A stretch of 64,000 bases of DNA from Epiperipatus broadwayi (taxonomy: Eukaryota; Animalia; Onychophora): NCBI GenBank assembly GCA_028023455.1, contig JAQFVV010000009.1, forward strand, positions 2,108,001 through 2,172,000, given 5' to 3'. Below, one piece after another: positions 24,401 through 39,400 of the stretch. The translations under genes were made by a program, and so were the position numbers. The first letter of the stretch is position 1. The number at the start of each line of letters is the position of its first letter. The notes below the pieces were generated by a model. The model was not told the DNA's origin, searched no databases, and worked only from the letters and a program-made list of their open reading frames with translations.

Positions 24401-27400
24401 AGACATGAAACTAGTTCCATTATCTCGAACAATAATTTTGGGGTAGCCATGATATGTGAAAATTTTATTTAATGCTTTCATGATGTTTTCTTCATTCATA
24501 CTCTTAACTCTCTTGTATTCTGTCCATGTTGAGGAAGAGTCTATCATATTAAGAATATATTTTCATTAAATGGGCCGGCATGGCTTACATGGAATCTTTC
24601 CCAATCATACTTTTAACTCTCTTATATTTTCATTTTGAATAAGAGTCTATCATATCAGGAATATACTTTCATTAAATGGGCAACATGAGTTACATGGAGT
24701 TTTTCCCATGGTATACTTGCTTTAATTCAAGCCTTTAACTTCTTAAGGGTATCATAGAAATGGACTGACAGTCATTGCAACACTTGATAGTGTGTGCAAT
24801 TTGGCTATTCATGCTTTTGCTGCTGCTATCTCTTTTATTGATCCAATCTCCCTGAAATTTGCAATACCATTGTAAATCATTTATATTCTTTCTCTTTATT
24901 TGAATTTCCAGATGCAAAGATGAACAATTATAGGATTTTATGAATGAAAATTAAAAATAAGTTATCAAGAAAATCATTAGAAAACATTAAGATTGAGATA
25001 ATCATTTACTGCAATAAGAAATCCTTAGCATACTATATTTATTTATTAATGTCAGCAATAATTAATATTCTTAGAGTCATCATGTAGAGCTGCCACAAAT
25101 TTCACCCCCTCCCCCATAGCCTGATTTTCATTTTTTGATCTCATCCCATGATTTCTAAATTCCTGTAATTCTTTTATTTACAGTTTTTGTTATTAATCAT
25201 ATATTTAATTAACTTTTTAAATATGGGTTTGAAGATTTCATTAAATTATAATTTAGCTGTGAATAGAGCATATTTTTTATATAAATTATTAGTATTTATT
25301 TTATAATCGCAATAAATTTATAAAAATAGATTGTAAATCATTTATTAATTTAATAAATTAATTTATTAAATATATTCATTATTTGATTTATTATAAACTG
25401 TTCTTTCTTTTTTTTTTTTTTTAATGTTTTGCAGCTGGATTGAGCCAAAATTTTCTTATTGGCAGTTTGGCATGTAAGTTATTTATTATTATTATTTAAA
25501 TATCGTACGCATATTAATAAATTATATAGAGACATAAAACTGTGTATACAAGGATTGTACAAAATAATGGAATTCTTGTGATTACTTTAGTAATATGGCT
25601 GTAAAGCTATTGTTTGTATCAAAAACTGCCTGTAATCTATACAGGATGAAATTATATAATGTTTGATTAGTGTCTAGATGAATATTAAGCTATTCGCTAT
25701 GATGAAAGGGTTCAAAATCTCTAAGAGATGTTAATGGAGTATATCAACCTTTTATTTATTCGAGAATAGTCCCAGAAGCTCAATAATATTAAATCAGAGA
25801 ATTGTGTAGATCATACAAGTTATGTAACATTTTTATCCTGTTTTTCAAGTCATTATTTGATGGCATATGCTGAATGATTTGGAGCATTTTCTGTTGCCTA
25901 GAAACAGTGTTTGCATCATAGGATGAAGCTAGTTATCTGTCTTTGGGTTGTGCACATACAAAATAATGATTGAACTAAGAGACTATCATGTATGGCTGCC
26001 TAAATTATAAAAGTTTTACTGTGTATTGAGGTAAAGCAGTCTGATTGATGAGTTTTTTTAGTAATCACCAGACATATCTATTATTTGATTTTACTAGTAC
26101 TTTTACTGGGCTGTAAATAGGAATGATCTTTCCAGTAATGTCTAAGGTTTTCAGATTTTTTTTTTCTTCAATATTTGAAGTTATTTTACATTTTTCTCAT
26201 TAAATGGTACTATGTGTTCTTGACATGAAGGAGATGCCTGTTCTACTATTTACCTCCATTGTGAGACTACCATAAAATATGAAAATTTTAACAAGATTTG
26301 ATTCTCCTATTGATCTTTGCCCTCCTGATACAGAGTAACATTCTTCTTGTTTTTCTTTTTCTATAGAGAGTTTTTTTTAATCTATCAGGATTATAAGATT
26401 TTTTAAAATTATTATTTATTATGCTGCATGCTCTAACCACATGGGTTTTACATTTACAAATTGCAAAAGTTTTTCTAGATTTGCAATTTGTGACATGTGA
26501 TCTAGTTAACTATTGAAACTCAAGTAATTTCAGTTATATTCTCATAAGTCTTTATTTGCAACACAATTTTAAAAAACATCACCATTTTTTATCCTTCATT
26601 TTTACAGCATTCTTTCATGTCCATAGAGAATTTTAGAATTGAATATAGCATGAGCAATTTTAATCCTCATTTCTACAATATATCCTTTATCTAAAAATTG
26701 ATTCCAACTGCCTAATATTAGTTTATGATAAATCTCATAATTTTTTGGATTATCTCTTGATGAATGAACCAAAGGGGCCAAAACTATTATTGACGTCTAT
26801 ATTTTCACATGAATTTAAAATCATTTATTATCTTTATTATTATTTTTTATATATTTAGCCATAATCTCACTTTTTCAATTTCTGCAACTTTCCTAATAGC
26901 TTTTTTTTTTTTTATATCATTTTTAGTTATAAATGTAAACCATCAGCATATTGAAAATTTTTGATGATTCATCACATCTGAATATCTAAGATTCAGTATT
27001 CAGAAGTATCTCATTTTTTTTGGATTCTTCATTACATAATTTTATACTCTTTATTCAAAATCATTAAGCAGTGTTGGCATTCAGCCTTGTCTTTCTTTTT
27101 TATTTGAAATTTGTTAGCTTTACCATAACATGTTTAACCTTGTACCTTCCAGTTCAAATACAAATTTTTCATAAAGAAAAATGTTCGATATATTTGTATT
27201 TTTATGAATATTTTTAGACTGGCATAGTTAACTGAAGTCCCTGTAACATATCAGTTAGGATGTCTTTTAATTTTTAGAAACCATTTAGTATATTTGGACA
27301 TTTTTTTCAGTGTACAACTCTAATTTTTGTTGAAGTCTTATTTATATGTGTTATAGGATTTACTTTCCACAGTCTGTTAAATCTTTTTCTTTATATATCA

Positions 27401-30400
27401 TCATTTTCTCTTCACATCATCCCAGCACCCTTTTTTATTTCATTCATCCATCTTTGGCACTTGAGAGTTTCATTTTTTATTTTATTGAAACTGAAAAACA
27501 AATAAAATATTTTTGGGAGGACTTGTACTTTTAAATTATCATCATCATCCTCGGTCAGTTAATATTATATATTTGAATTGTATCATTTTATTCAAATTTT
27601 ATTAATTGTTCCACTATCTTCTAATATAAATATTTACTTTGAATCAAGATTTATGATATATATTTAACATATATGTATATATCTTTGATTGCATATGGTT
27701 TCTGGTTCAAACATGTGTTTATCATGAATATTTACTGTTGTATATTTACTGTTATAGTATATAATTTTTATCAATAATTCTTTTAATGGACTTCTATTTA
27801 TTCCATAGTTGCTGCAAACTAACAATTCGCTTTTATTTTGATGGTATTTTAAATATAGTGTTATTTTTATAGTTACACTTAAATAGAAAAATAAATATAC
27901 ATTAAATATATATATTAAATAATTTTTGGTTTTAAATTATAGCTTATGTTAAAAATTTTTGAAGTATTTTTGTATAGAATTTTAGTAATATATTGTCAAT
28001 TTAGATTTTTTTTTTTTTTTAATGATATTGAACTTTCATACTTTGTTAAAATTATCTGTCAGCTGTAGTGATGTGTAAATATATTTTTAATAATTGGGAA
28101 TTAAATACTAATTTTAAAACTAAAATTCACATTAAGATTAAATTAATATCCACTATTTTTTAGAGAGATTGATTAATTTAGTTAAGTGATAAGATTTTGT
28201 TAACTTGTCTGTAGAAGGCAGAAAGAGATAATAATATATTAAAAAATATTTGATAACTTAGATTTTTATAAAATGGCAATTGTTGTTGTATGTTTGATAG
28301 GAAATATTTAAACTATATAATAAAAACATTTAGTATGACATAAATGAATTGTACTTACCAAATGATTATTTTTTTATGCTAAGTAATTATGGTACAATAT
28401 AGAAAGGCTTCATGACATAGTAGTTAATGCATCTGTGTGCCATGCCTACAATTTGAGTTTAGTTCAGTCTTGATAAAACTAGAATTTTTATTTGCTTCCA
28501 ATCTAGCTTAGAATTAGGGATCCTATAGCCAACTCAGTTAACCATCCAATATTTGTCAGTAAATTGGTATCTAAGTATTTTTTCCTTGAGATAATACAGG
28601 AATGAAAAAATGTCAAGCTCACTACATGCCAATAGATCAGCCTAGTAATTAATGTCTTCATCATTGTCTTTCTCTGGAAAATTTGATCTATATATTATCT
28701 TTGTAAGAGTCATATGTGTGTTTGCATGTGTTGATTAAATATAATAATATATTACAATAAAATGAATTGCTGATTTTATTATTAATGTTTCACTTGGATA
28801 AATAAATTTAAAAGTAAGTAGTTATTTTAGAATTTATTAAATTTAAATGTATATATATATACATATACATGTCTGTATCATCTCCCTATCATGCTTATGA
28901 CTTAGATTCAATCCAGACCAAATAAAATTCTTTTCAAGACAATTAGAATATTTCTTTCAGTTGAATCGTCCAAATTCGACTATTCACAATGGTTGGTAAA
29001 TGGATATTTAGTTATTCTTAAGTAAAACAAGAATGAGAAAACTCTCACCAGTTGTCAATTGGAAAGCTTGATGCCTTTCTCCTATTTAGTTTCTCTGTGA
29101 GAGACTATTGGAGAAGCTTTATTTTCCTGAAGTAGGCTATTTATTAAAGAAGCTATTTTGTTTATATAATTTATCCTAGGATTATTTTAATCTTAATATA
29201 TTTTCAATCCAAGTTAAATGTCTTAGCAATCTACTCTAGTATTTAATGTTAGAACTTATATATTTTTAAGAAAAATTTATTATTGTTATTTTGATATAAT
29301 TTTGTCATTTTTTTTTTTTGTTTTAGCTGGTATGGTCCACTATTTGCCATAATAACACTGTTATTTAGTGTTTATATTTGTAGTATTCTTTCTGTAAATA
29401 AAAAAGTAAGTTTTAAGATTTTAAATTCTGAATTTTGAATCTCCATATAATTTATAAATGTGTGTGTGTGTGAATAGTGTGTATGCAAAGGTGTTATAAA
29501 TATATGCAATCACGGCAACAGCAAATTTTCCTTACACTATTTATATTGATGGATCATCATTTGTTGGAAGATTTGCTTTACAAATGTATACATCTATATA
29601 ACAAATCTAATAAGTGATATTATTCTGGATGAACTTCTATTGGCATTTGTTAGATTTGCAATATTTATAAGTAAGAACTGGAAAAGAAAGGTAAATTGAT
29701 TATTTTTTTACATTGCAAGATAAATCTTTTATTAGAGCATGGTGCATTGATATAAACTAAGAAAAAAGTTTAGTTCACTGTTTTTATGATTTCGCATAAT
29801 CAGAAGCACTGTGTTAATATATATATATATATGCTTGAATGTGGTAAGTCCAAAAATGAAAAAAGAAAAAAACCTACAATACAATATTGTATATACATAT
29901 AATGAAAATGTTTATCATTTAAGAAACAAATCATAGACTAAATTTATTTATTCAATGTCACATAGATATTAAAATTTTATTTACTTTGAGAATGTTATAT
30001 TTTTTAATTTGCTAAATGAAATGCTTGTTCTTAAATGAAATGTTACGTGATTGCAAGACTGAAAAAGATAACAAGAAAGCTGGATTTAAGTTTTAAAATA
30101 ATATTTCTATTTTGAATAATTTAAATAACTTTATCTGAGTGCTATTCTCAGATTAGTCTATATTTTTTGTATATTATATATACATATTTTTTAAAAAGGA
30201 CTAAAATCAATTTGCACATGCTGTGAATTTTATACATATAATTAAGAAGATATTTGTTTTCTTTATAAAAAAATAAATAAATATAAACAATTGCAACCAC
30301 ATCTGCAAAAGTCCAAACGAATTTTCATTATAGAATGCTTGCTTCTTATATGTGCATTGCAGTAGATCTATATGTGAATGTGTATTATATTGTGTATAGA

Positions 30401-33400
30401 ATGTTCCTTTTTGAAAAAAAATATTAACATATACAGTGATAATGAAATAAGTATATATCTTTAGCTATACTTGTGTGGTGGTTAAATTTTGTACAAAATA
30501 GCATATCTAAATATGAATAATGCTACATTGGAATCATATAAAGAAGTTCTATGTTTCCATTGTAGCATTAAATGTATTTAGATTTTTTTCTTGTAATGAA
30601 TTATAGGAATGCATAAGATTATTAAAAGGATTAGTAATTAATTTGATCTTGTAAAGATAAAATATTAATATTTGCTCATATTGTTTATATTGTTTTGAGT
30701 TTGTATTTATTTAAAATTTTAGTGGTCAAATAAAAAGTGAGCATTTTTTCATCTGCTTGTAATAAAAAATGTAATCTAGATGGCGTAGCTAACTAAATTT
30801 ATACAGCAATTTGTTTATAAAAATTGTATATACATTTAGTAAAAATAAAAGGTTAATAAATATATTAGATTTTAAATTATCAAGAAGATACTATTTGTAT
30901 TTAAGGAACACTTTTCTGAATAACCATAAGGACAAAAGTATTTTTGATAAACAATTTATATTTTTGGAGAATATATGAAGCAGATATTTTCTAATTAAAT
31001 TAAAAATTCAGATGTTTAATAAAATGCTATCAGTGAGACAGGAAAACCAGAATTACTTGTTATTGGACAAAAAAAAAAAAGCATTGCTGTGACTTTAAAT
31101 TATTTGTCCAGTAAATAACTAGAATCAGTTGTTTTCATCTTATTCTAGAGCCATCTGCTGAGAGTTATATATAGTACTATAAAATCTCCACTTCTAAGTT
31201 TTTAGCTTTGCGAAGACTAAAATTCAAAGCTGGAATTAATGCACATCTGCAACTAGCAACCAGTTCCAGCATTGAATCCTAGTCATCACTGATAAAGGCA
31301 AAAGCCAGAGTCTGGAGATTGGAGATTTTTTACATTATTTGATCTCCATTGTTTAATTGAGTTTTTTTTTTTTAATAGATAGCTCTAAAAAAAAAATGAA
31401 AATACCTGTTCTTTGGAGTATAAGAAAAAGTTATATGATATTGTAGTTGGTATTGTGATGATTGAAGATCATTATGATAGGATAGTGCAGTGCATTGTAA
31501 ATATACTATATTATTTTAGCCTTTGTTTTATTATTCAATTAACTGACTAAAGATATACTGTAACTTCTTACCATTAATAAAGATTACACCATATTGCAAA
31601 TTTTGTTTTGTAGTCAATACATTGGCATTTAACTGACCAATCCATAGTGTTTTAAAATATCTCCAATTAAGAATAGTTAGCTTTGGAGCACATACTGTGT
31701 TTTATATGTTTACAAATTCTCCTTGTTTTTATGTGCTTGGTAGTTTATTGGTTTGATTTATATTTTCTATGTATAACTATATAAATAATTTTATCAGATT
31801 TCTCTAACATAGTGTATTGCTTCTCAGCTATAAATCAAGAGGAAGTGGTGGAAGAATCTAATCTTATAATTTTTTTTTTACTGTTTTGTGTAATACACTT
31901 CTATGATAATAATTTTGTGCATTAATGTAATTGCTTCTTACATGGAGCAAAAATTTCAGAAATACTTATTAATTAAATTCTTAAATGCATTTTTATTGTA
32001 GATCTTCTTTAAAAGGCAAACATTAAAAAAAATAGTATTACAATATAATTATAGAATTTAATTTATAAATACACTGCTATGGCATCAAAGGAGAAGGGGT
32101 GGAGTAATATTTGCTTTTTATTTTCTATATTTAGTCATGGGTAAACAGCAGGGATTATCATTTTTTTATTATTTTGGAAGATAGTTTATGTTTTTTTGTT
32201 TTTAGTATCTTGACCATGCCATATTGAAGAAACCAACATAGGTGAGTGAAGTACATAAAGAATCATAGGACTAATGAAAACATCTTTATTACTTTTTTTT
32301 CATGACAGACAGGAATTTATTGAGCATATCAGACACAATTTTTATTCAGTCATTCCTGAACATTCATTTAGAATGAAATGCTTAATCTGTGATACTGACA
32401 AAATCCAAAGAACTTTAGAATTAACTTTTGAATTATAATAATTGAATTTGTATCTTAGATTACTAAAATATTTTCACATCATGTTGAAATAATTTATAGA
32501 ATCATCTTATAGAACAGAGATGTCCAATCTTTTGGCATCTCTAGCCAACATTATGAAAATAAGAGTTACCTTAGGCCACACATTGAATGTACAAAAATTG
32601 CAAAAGCTGATAAGCAAAAAAAAAGGTCTGTGCATAGACAAAAATATTCTTAAATAATAAGCCTAAATTATACAGCAATCCATTTGAAAAGTTTTTCAAA
32701 TCATTGAGCAGGTTTCAAATTTGTGGTCAATAATATATAAAATATACATATATAAATAATAAAATATTAATATTTTTTAATATTATAAAAAAGGGAAACA
32801 AAATTAATTGGACATTTGATGTTGTGTTTGAGTACATATATATGTTTACTTTAATCACATTGTACACATAATCACAAAAAAGTTTCATAATGTTTTAAAT
32901 AAGTTTATGATTTTGTGATGAGTTGCATATGGTCCTTATTCGAGAATATATCTTTCAAATTTGTGAATTAATTGATTGCAAAACCATTTTGTGTATATGT
33001 GTGACTGATTTGACAAAATTGTTGAATATGTCTAGGATGCTTTTTATTTTTCTTATTATAATAAAATTTTCACTATTAAAAGCCAGACAAAGGATAACAT
33101 AAAGCATTGACATAAGAAGTTACTCTTAATTCTGAAAAGAGAATTAGATTTGATGGAAATAAATGACAATAGCAATTGTCATTAATCTATTAAGTGATAA
33201 AAATGTTTAGAAATTTGATCTTAAAGATTTGTATTTATGAAATTCCAGTAAATTTATTAAGAATATCTTTTTTAAATGCATTTATATTAACTATGTTTCT
33301 ATCAAGATGTCCATGTTTTTCACATTTTTAATCATTAAAGAAAATCTGGTCCCTGATTAGAACTTGAACTTAGAACCTTACTTTTCTAAGGAAAGGATCT

Positions 33401-36400
33401 TAATACTGAGCCAACAGTAATATTACATTTGTAGAATAAAATTTGATTAATATTAATTTATTAAAAGTAAATATTTCCTACAAAAATCTGAATTATTCTT
33501 CTGAAATAATATTTTATAAATTTTTGTAAAAACAAAAAAAAATAAATGTATAAAAAAAGGTTAGACAATTTTTTTTTCATTTCAAAACCCAAATACAACT
33601 GTCAAAATCATTGACAGCAGGTGCTCTCTCTTGTGGAAAGAACAAAAAACATAATAATAAAAAAAGATTCATGAATAGAAATTATATATTTTATTTAAGA
33701 TTTAAAAAAAGATTTTTTAAAATAATGCTTTCATGTAAATAAATCATAAAAATTAAAAAACCTCAAATGCTTTTATGAAATAAATTATTATTTTGTTACT
33801 TTTTATTTTATAATGGGCTCTTTACACAAAAGCATTATTTTTAAAAAATCTTTTTTTAAATATTATTTTATTTTAAATATATTTATAGAGAGAGATATTT
33901 TTTGTAATAGTCAAAAATTTATATTTCTATATGTTTATTTAATGATTGTCATTAATACTTTAGATATTTAGAAATGAAAACATTATTCATTTTTATTTTA
34001 TATAACTTAAGATTTACTTTTATTTAATTATTATTTAAATTTTTATTTATTTATTTACCTTTTTAAAAAAAAAATAATGAGAACATTGTTTTCAGGCAAA
34101 CTGTCATGATAAATAGAATGGAAATTGCTTATTTGCATAATAATGGAGTTATGCTTGCCTTTAACAAATTATCTATATTTGTTAAGAATTTTTTTATAAT
34201 TCTGTGACTATATCTTCTATACATTTATTTATTTTTAATTTAATAGAATGGTAAAAATTTTGTTCCTCTTTCTGTAAAAGTAATCTTATAATAACAACCC
34301 AATCAGAAGTATTGTTTAAATTATCTGTACACTTCATTCAATCAATATTGCATTAAGTTATGTGAAGTTTAATATACATCTCTCATTTGTTTTTAGTATT
34401 AACATGATTAAAAATATTAATGTAACCAATGCACATCTTTCAGAGAATTTGAGGCTTTTGTCATATGTAATAGTTAATATTTTTCTAAATGCTGTTTAAA
34501 GATTATATAATTTCATCCCATAACAAACCCTGCACCCTATTAATAAAGATATCATAGATGTTCTTATTTTGTGCTATCCCTGCATATCTCGAATATCTTT
34601 TTTGCTTAAATATATCTTATAAATAAACATATAAATAATAAATCATTTTCTTATCCCAAGAAAAATAAAAAATAAAAATAGAAAAATAAAGAAATTATTA
34701 ATTAAACCAATAAAATAGATAATAGTGAAAGGTCTCACATAGAGAATGAAATAGAAGGAGACAGTTTTTTTTTAATTGCCTTGATAATATATGGACTTGA
34801 TTAGAAAACTAAAAAGTATTGAGGAAATTAGTCATCAGATTATAAATAATGTTTAAAAAGATATATTTGCATAATTAAGAATATTTCATTAGAGAATATT
34901 AAGAGGCTGATAGAAGCAAACACAACTCCTTGTTATGTTTAATTAATCTTCAAAAGTATACATTATTTTAAGTCATTTTCCATTTTTTTTATCATAAATT
35001 AAAAATTCATTGAGAGAAAATGCTTGTTGCTGAAATAATTGAAGCAAGTATGTTACCTTACAACAATTTTTCAGCATATTATATTTATAAAGGCATTGAG
35101 TCAGCTAGAATGGTATTAGATTTCCAAAAAGTTAATAACTAAAGTTGTTGTTTGTCTAATATCTAGAATAGAGGAAGTATTGCATAAACTAAATAGCAAT
35201 TACAGGTTTGGAATCTGCCTGCTACTATATAAGATAAAGTTCACAAGATTACTATAGGAGGCACTATAATAACATATTGAGACAGATGGTAATGAATTTA
35301 GGACATAGGGAAAAATTATTATCATGTTTTAATAAGATGGCATAGAAGAGAGATTTTCCAGGTAGTTGGAGTAATACAAGAGTAAGACTATTATTTAAAG
35401 GAAAGGGTAAGGATCATAGAAAGTTAAACAATTATAGACCGATAGCGTTAATGTCAGTGCTATATAAAGTTTTCTCATTTATGGTGGCTGGAAGATTTGC
35501 AAAATGGATGGAAGAAAATAATATGGTGGGAGAAATGCAAGAAGGTTTTCAATCAGATAGTTAGGAGATAGTTTATTTGTAGTTACACAAGTTATGGGTA
35601 TGAATAGAAATACAGGTAGACAGTTATATATGGTTTTTATAGATATAGAGAAGGCATATGATAGAACAAATAGAAATAGATTATGGGTGCGGTTAATAAA
35701 TTTGGGAATGGATGGAGCTTTAGTGGATATTATTAAGAAATTATATGAAAATAATTACTATACATATTAATTAGGAAATATAGAATCAATTAAAGTTAAA
35801 AATGAGGTGGGACTAAAGCAAGGATTCCCTATGTTATCTATATTGTTTTTGTTGTATTTGAGAAAAATAGAGGGAGCAATAGAAAGACTAGGAAGAGGGT
35901 AGAGATACCATTAATAGGTGGTAAGGGAGTATATACTGTAGTGATGAGCTACAACCTGCCACACCATCCAGTTATTTAAGACACTCTACCAATTGGAGCC
36001 TCATAACATATTTGCTTAATCAATAAATTGCCAAGCAAATTGTCATATTAACCTTTTTTTTCTTTCCAACATATACATGTGTATAAACATCTTTTTATTT
36101 CTAAAGAAGTAATAAAAGCCATTAAATTACTAGGGAGAAACAGATAGGTATATTAACACTGGAATAAAATGTATTATATGTTAATAATTGGGGATGACTA
36201 CATCAAAAACGTGAACATAAACCTCAAGAAAACAATGACTAAATTAAAATCTAAACACATAGCAACCATTTGTAGAAATGAAATTTAAAATATTTATAAA
36301 TTATTATTTTTTATTTATAATCCCATTTATTTATATTATGTCTGTTAAACAATAGGAAATGTCAAGGTTAAAATGCTTAAAAAAACTTCATGCGACCTAC

Positions 36401-39400
36401 AATGCAGTATTAATTGTTATACTGTCTTCTGCATTTGAAGATAGAACATTATTATTTTTTCTGTTTAAAAATAAATTCCAATACAAAATGGATGTGAATG
36501 TTTGAATTTAAATAGATATATATTTTTTAATATTAATCAAAATGATTGAAAGCTGAATTTTTTGAAGCAATTGTTTGAAATGGAAGAACTAATTTGAAAG
36601 TAAAAATTTAATTATTTGCTACTTAGACAATTTTAATTAAATTTACATGTTGCAGTAATATTCAATAATTAATTGTGTTGATATATAATAATATCGTCAT
36701 TGAAATCTTGAGAAGCAAATGAATCAATAAATATATATTATTTTTATATCATGATTGCTTGCTGAAAAGTTTGTACCATGGGGTAATAATACGTCATCAA
36801 TAAAGCCATGAAAAGTTAAAGATTTTACCTGCCCATTTAGAAGAAACTTGAAAACCATCTTTGCTTTAAATAAAATGCCTAACCAAATCCAAGACAGGAT
36901 AATTGGAGAACATTATTATTTTTTGACCCAGACAAGAAATTTCTATTCTTCGTGGGAGCAGAACTTCATCTCCATTCATAGGAATTTATTTAGCAAATAA
37001 ACAGTTTCCAGCAGACTCATCGAACTTTAATTAACATAATGGGATAAGAATTGTGATTTTTGTTTTATTATTTTGTCTATTATAAATTTTATGTATTAAT
37101 TTCGTTTTCTACAATTGGAAGCTAATGTGTATAATTTTGGAGAAATTCTGTATGAGAGTAATAAGGGGGGGAAATATTAGATTTAAATATATATATATTA
37201 TCATCTTTAATTGTATAAAGAATAAAAAAAATAATAGTTTTGACCTTCCCATCTGACTGACTTTTGACAACATATAGGAAATTAAGAGGTAAGAAATTTT
37301 AATATTATATCATAGTAAGCAAAACACAATGATAGATTTTTTTTCATTTATTATTAATTAAGCTTACTCTTGTATTGCTTTTATAAATCAATGATGTATA
37401 ACTATTGATTTATCTGGACAACAAATATTTTTTTGTTGTTGTTGTTATGTTTGTATACATATTTTAAATTAGCCAGCTAAAATCGAAATCACATATACAT
37501 ATTATAATTTTAAATATTCGTTGTTGTAAATAATTAGTCAAGTACATGAACTTCTACCATTGGGTTTAGGGCAAGAGTTTTGTTTTTATTAATATCATTA
37601 TAGATATCGATATGGTAGAAATTCATCCTTGACAAAATAAATTACATGTATCAGATTTAATTGTTATTCATACTTTATATTTTTTGTTAGTCAATAAATG
37701 TTTATATAATTCGTTATTTTAATTTGGTCTCTAACTCATCATTATTTCAATATCCACCATCAGCTTTATAGTTCTTCATTATTCACATACCCATTATAAA
37801 CATTATTATCTTATTTAGTTTTACACCTATTAATATTATTACCATGATAGAGAAAATACATATACATATTTAAGTCATTTATTATAACTTTTAATACATA
37901 TATACTTATACTGCACATACATATTTTTTATATATCTTATGCTTAATTGATTTTTGGTAATTAATTATCACCTATATAGAGGTGCAATAACTACTATTAG
38001 TGTGATCTCCTTCCCTGATAAGAGAGCTCAAGCAATTACTCCCTGAGTTTGAATACTGTGGTATAACGTGGCTAGAAAGGGGTGAGAATTGGATGAACTG
38101 ACCCAAATTGTATCTAGGTTAATAAAAATAGGTAGAGCTAGTCTATTGGAAGTAGGTACAATCATAGGTTATGTATTTCATCGAGTAACCACTTGCATCC
38201 TATCTGAAGACCCAAAGTCCGACCATAGTAAGATGCGCTCCCCCTATCTCTTCTAGAATCTACCAGCCCATTACAATACATTGTCGGGTCTTTTATTTGT
38301 GGATTATGTCTTTTTGTGTGCAAAAAGAAGGGAAGATATGGAAGTTATGCTGAGGATATGTGCAAGGGTGAGTGAAGAAATAGGGATTAAATTTAGTGAA
38401 GAAAAATCAAAAGTAATGATGATTAATACTAGAGAAAGAGAAGATAGAGAATTTTTATGGGGGATATACTGTTAAGTATTGTGAATAGATATAAGTATTT
38501 GGGTATCATCTTAAGTAATCAGAGAAATTGCATGGATGAATGGGAGAAAAAATTGATAAATGAAGCAAAGAAAAGAAAGGGATTGACAAAGAAATTAACA
38601 GTGTTCTTATGTAATAAGTATGATGTAGCTAGAATTGTATGGAAAGGAGTGGCAGTAGCAGGGTTAACATATGGTAACAATGCATTATATGTTAGTAAAG
38701 GGGTATTAGATTACTTAGAAAAAGTAGAAAGACATGCATTAGATGCAGATGTGTGGATGGCAAAGGAGGCAATTCAAGAAGAAATGGGATGGTCACGTTT
38801 TTATATGAGAGATGCAAAATGAAAATGTTCGGTAGATTTCAGTTTATGGATAATAAAAGAATAGCCAAAATAATATTTAATTGGGTTACGAATAAAGGGA
38901 AGGCGACAAGATGGGTGAGAAAGATAATGCAATATGCAGAAGATTTGGATAAAGAATTTATGCCAGTATACTTATACAAAAGGTGGGGTGATTGTGTTCG
39001 GAGAATTGTTGAGTGTTATAGTGTTAAGGAATGGGATAGAAGAGCAGATGCATTAATAAGTATAAGGAGTTGGAGAGATGGAGAACTAGTATAAAGAGTA
39101 AAAAGAGTTTAAATATATGTAGAAGTAAACAGAATATTGTGTGTGAGTTAATTTATGATAATAGCAAGGAAAGTAGTTTACTGTTTAAGGATCTATCAGG
39201 ATCTTTAGCAACAAAGGAATATACACATAAATGGAAAAATGTGGGTGATTTAGCCTGCAAATTGTGTAAGGAAGGCATAGAAAATATTAGGCATCTGTTC
39301 ATTAAATGTAAATGCCTTAAGGCAGACAGGGCACAAATAATGAAGTTGTGGAATAATAAATATAAACAAAGTGATTATACAAAAAGAGGATTATTGGTCT

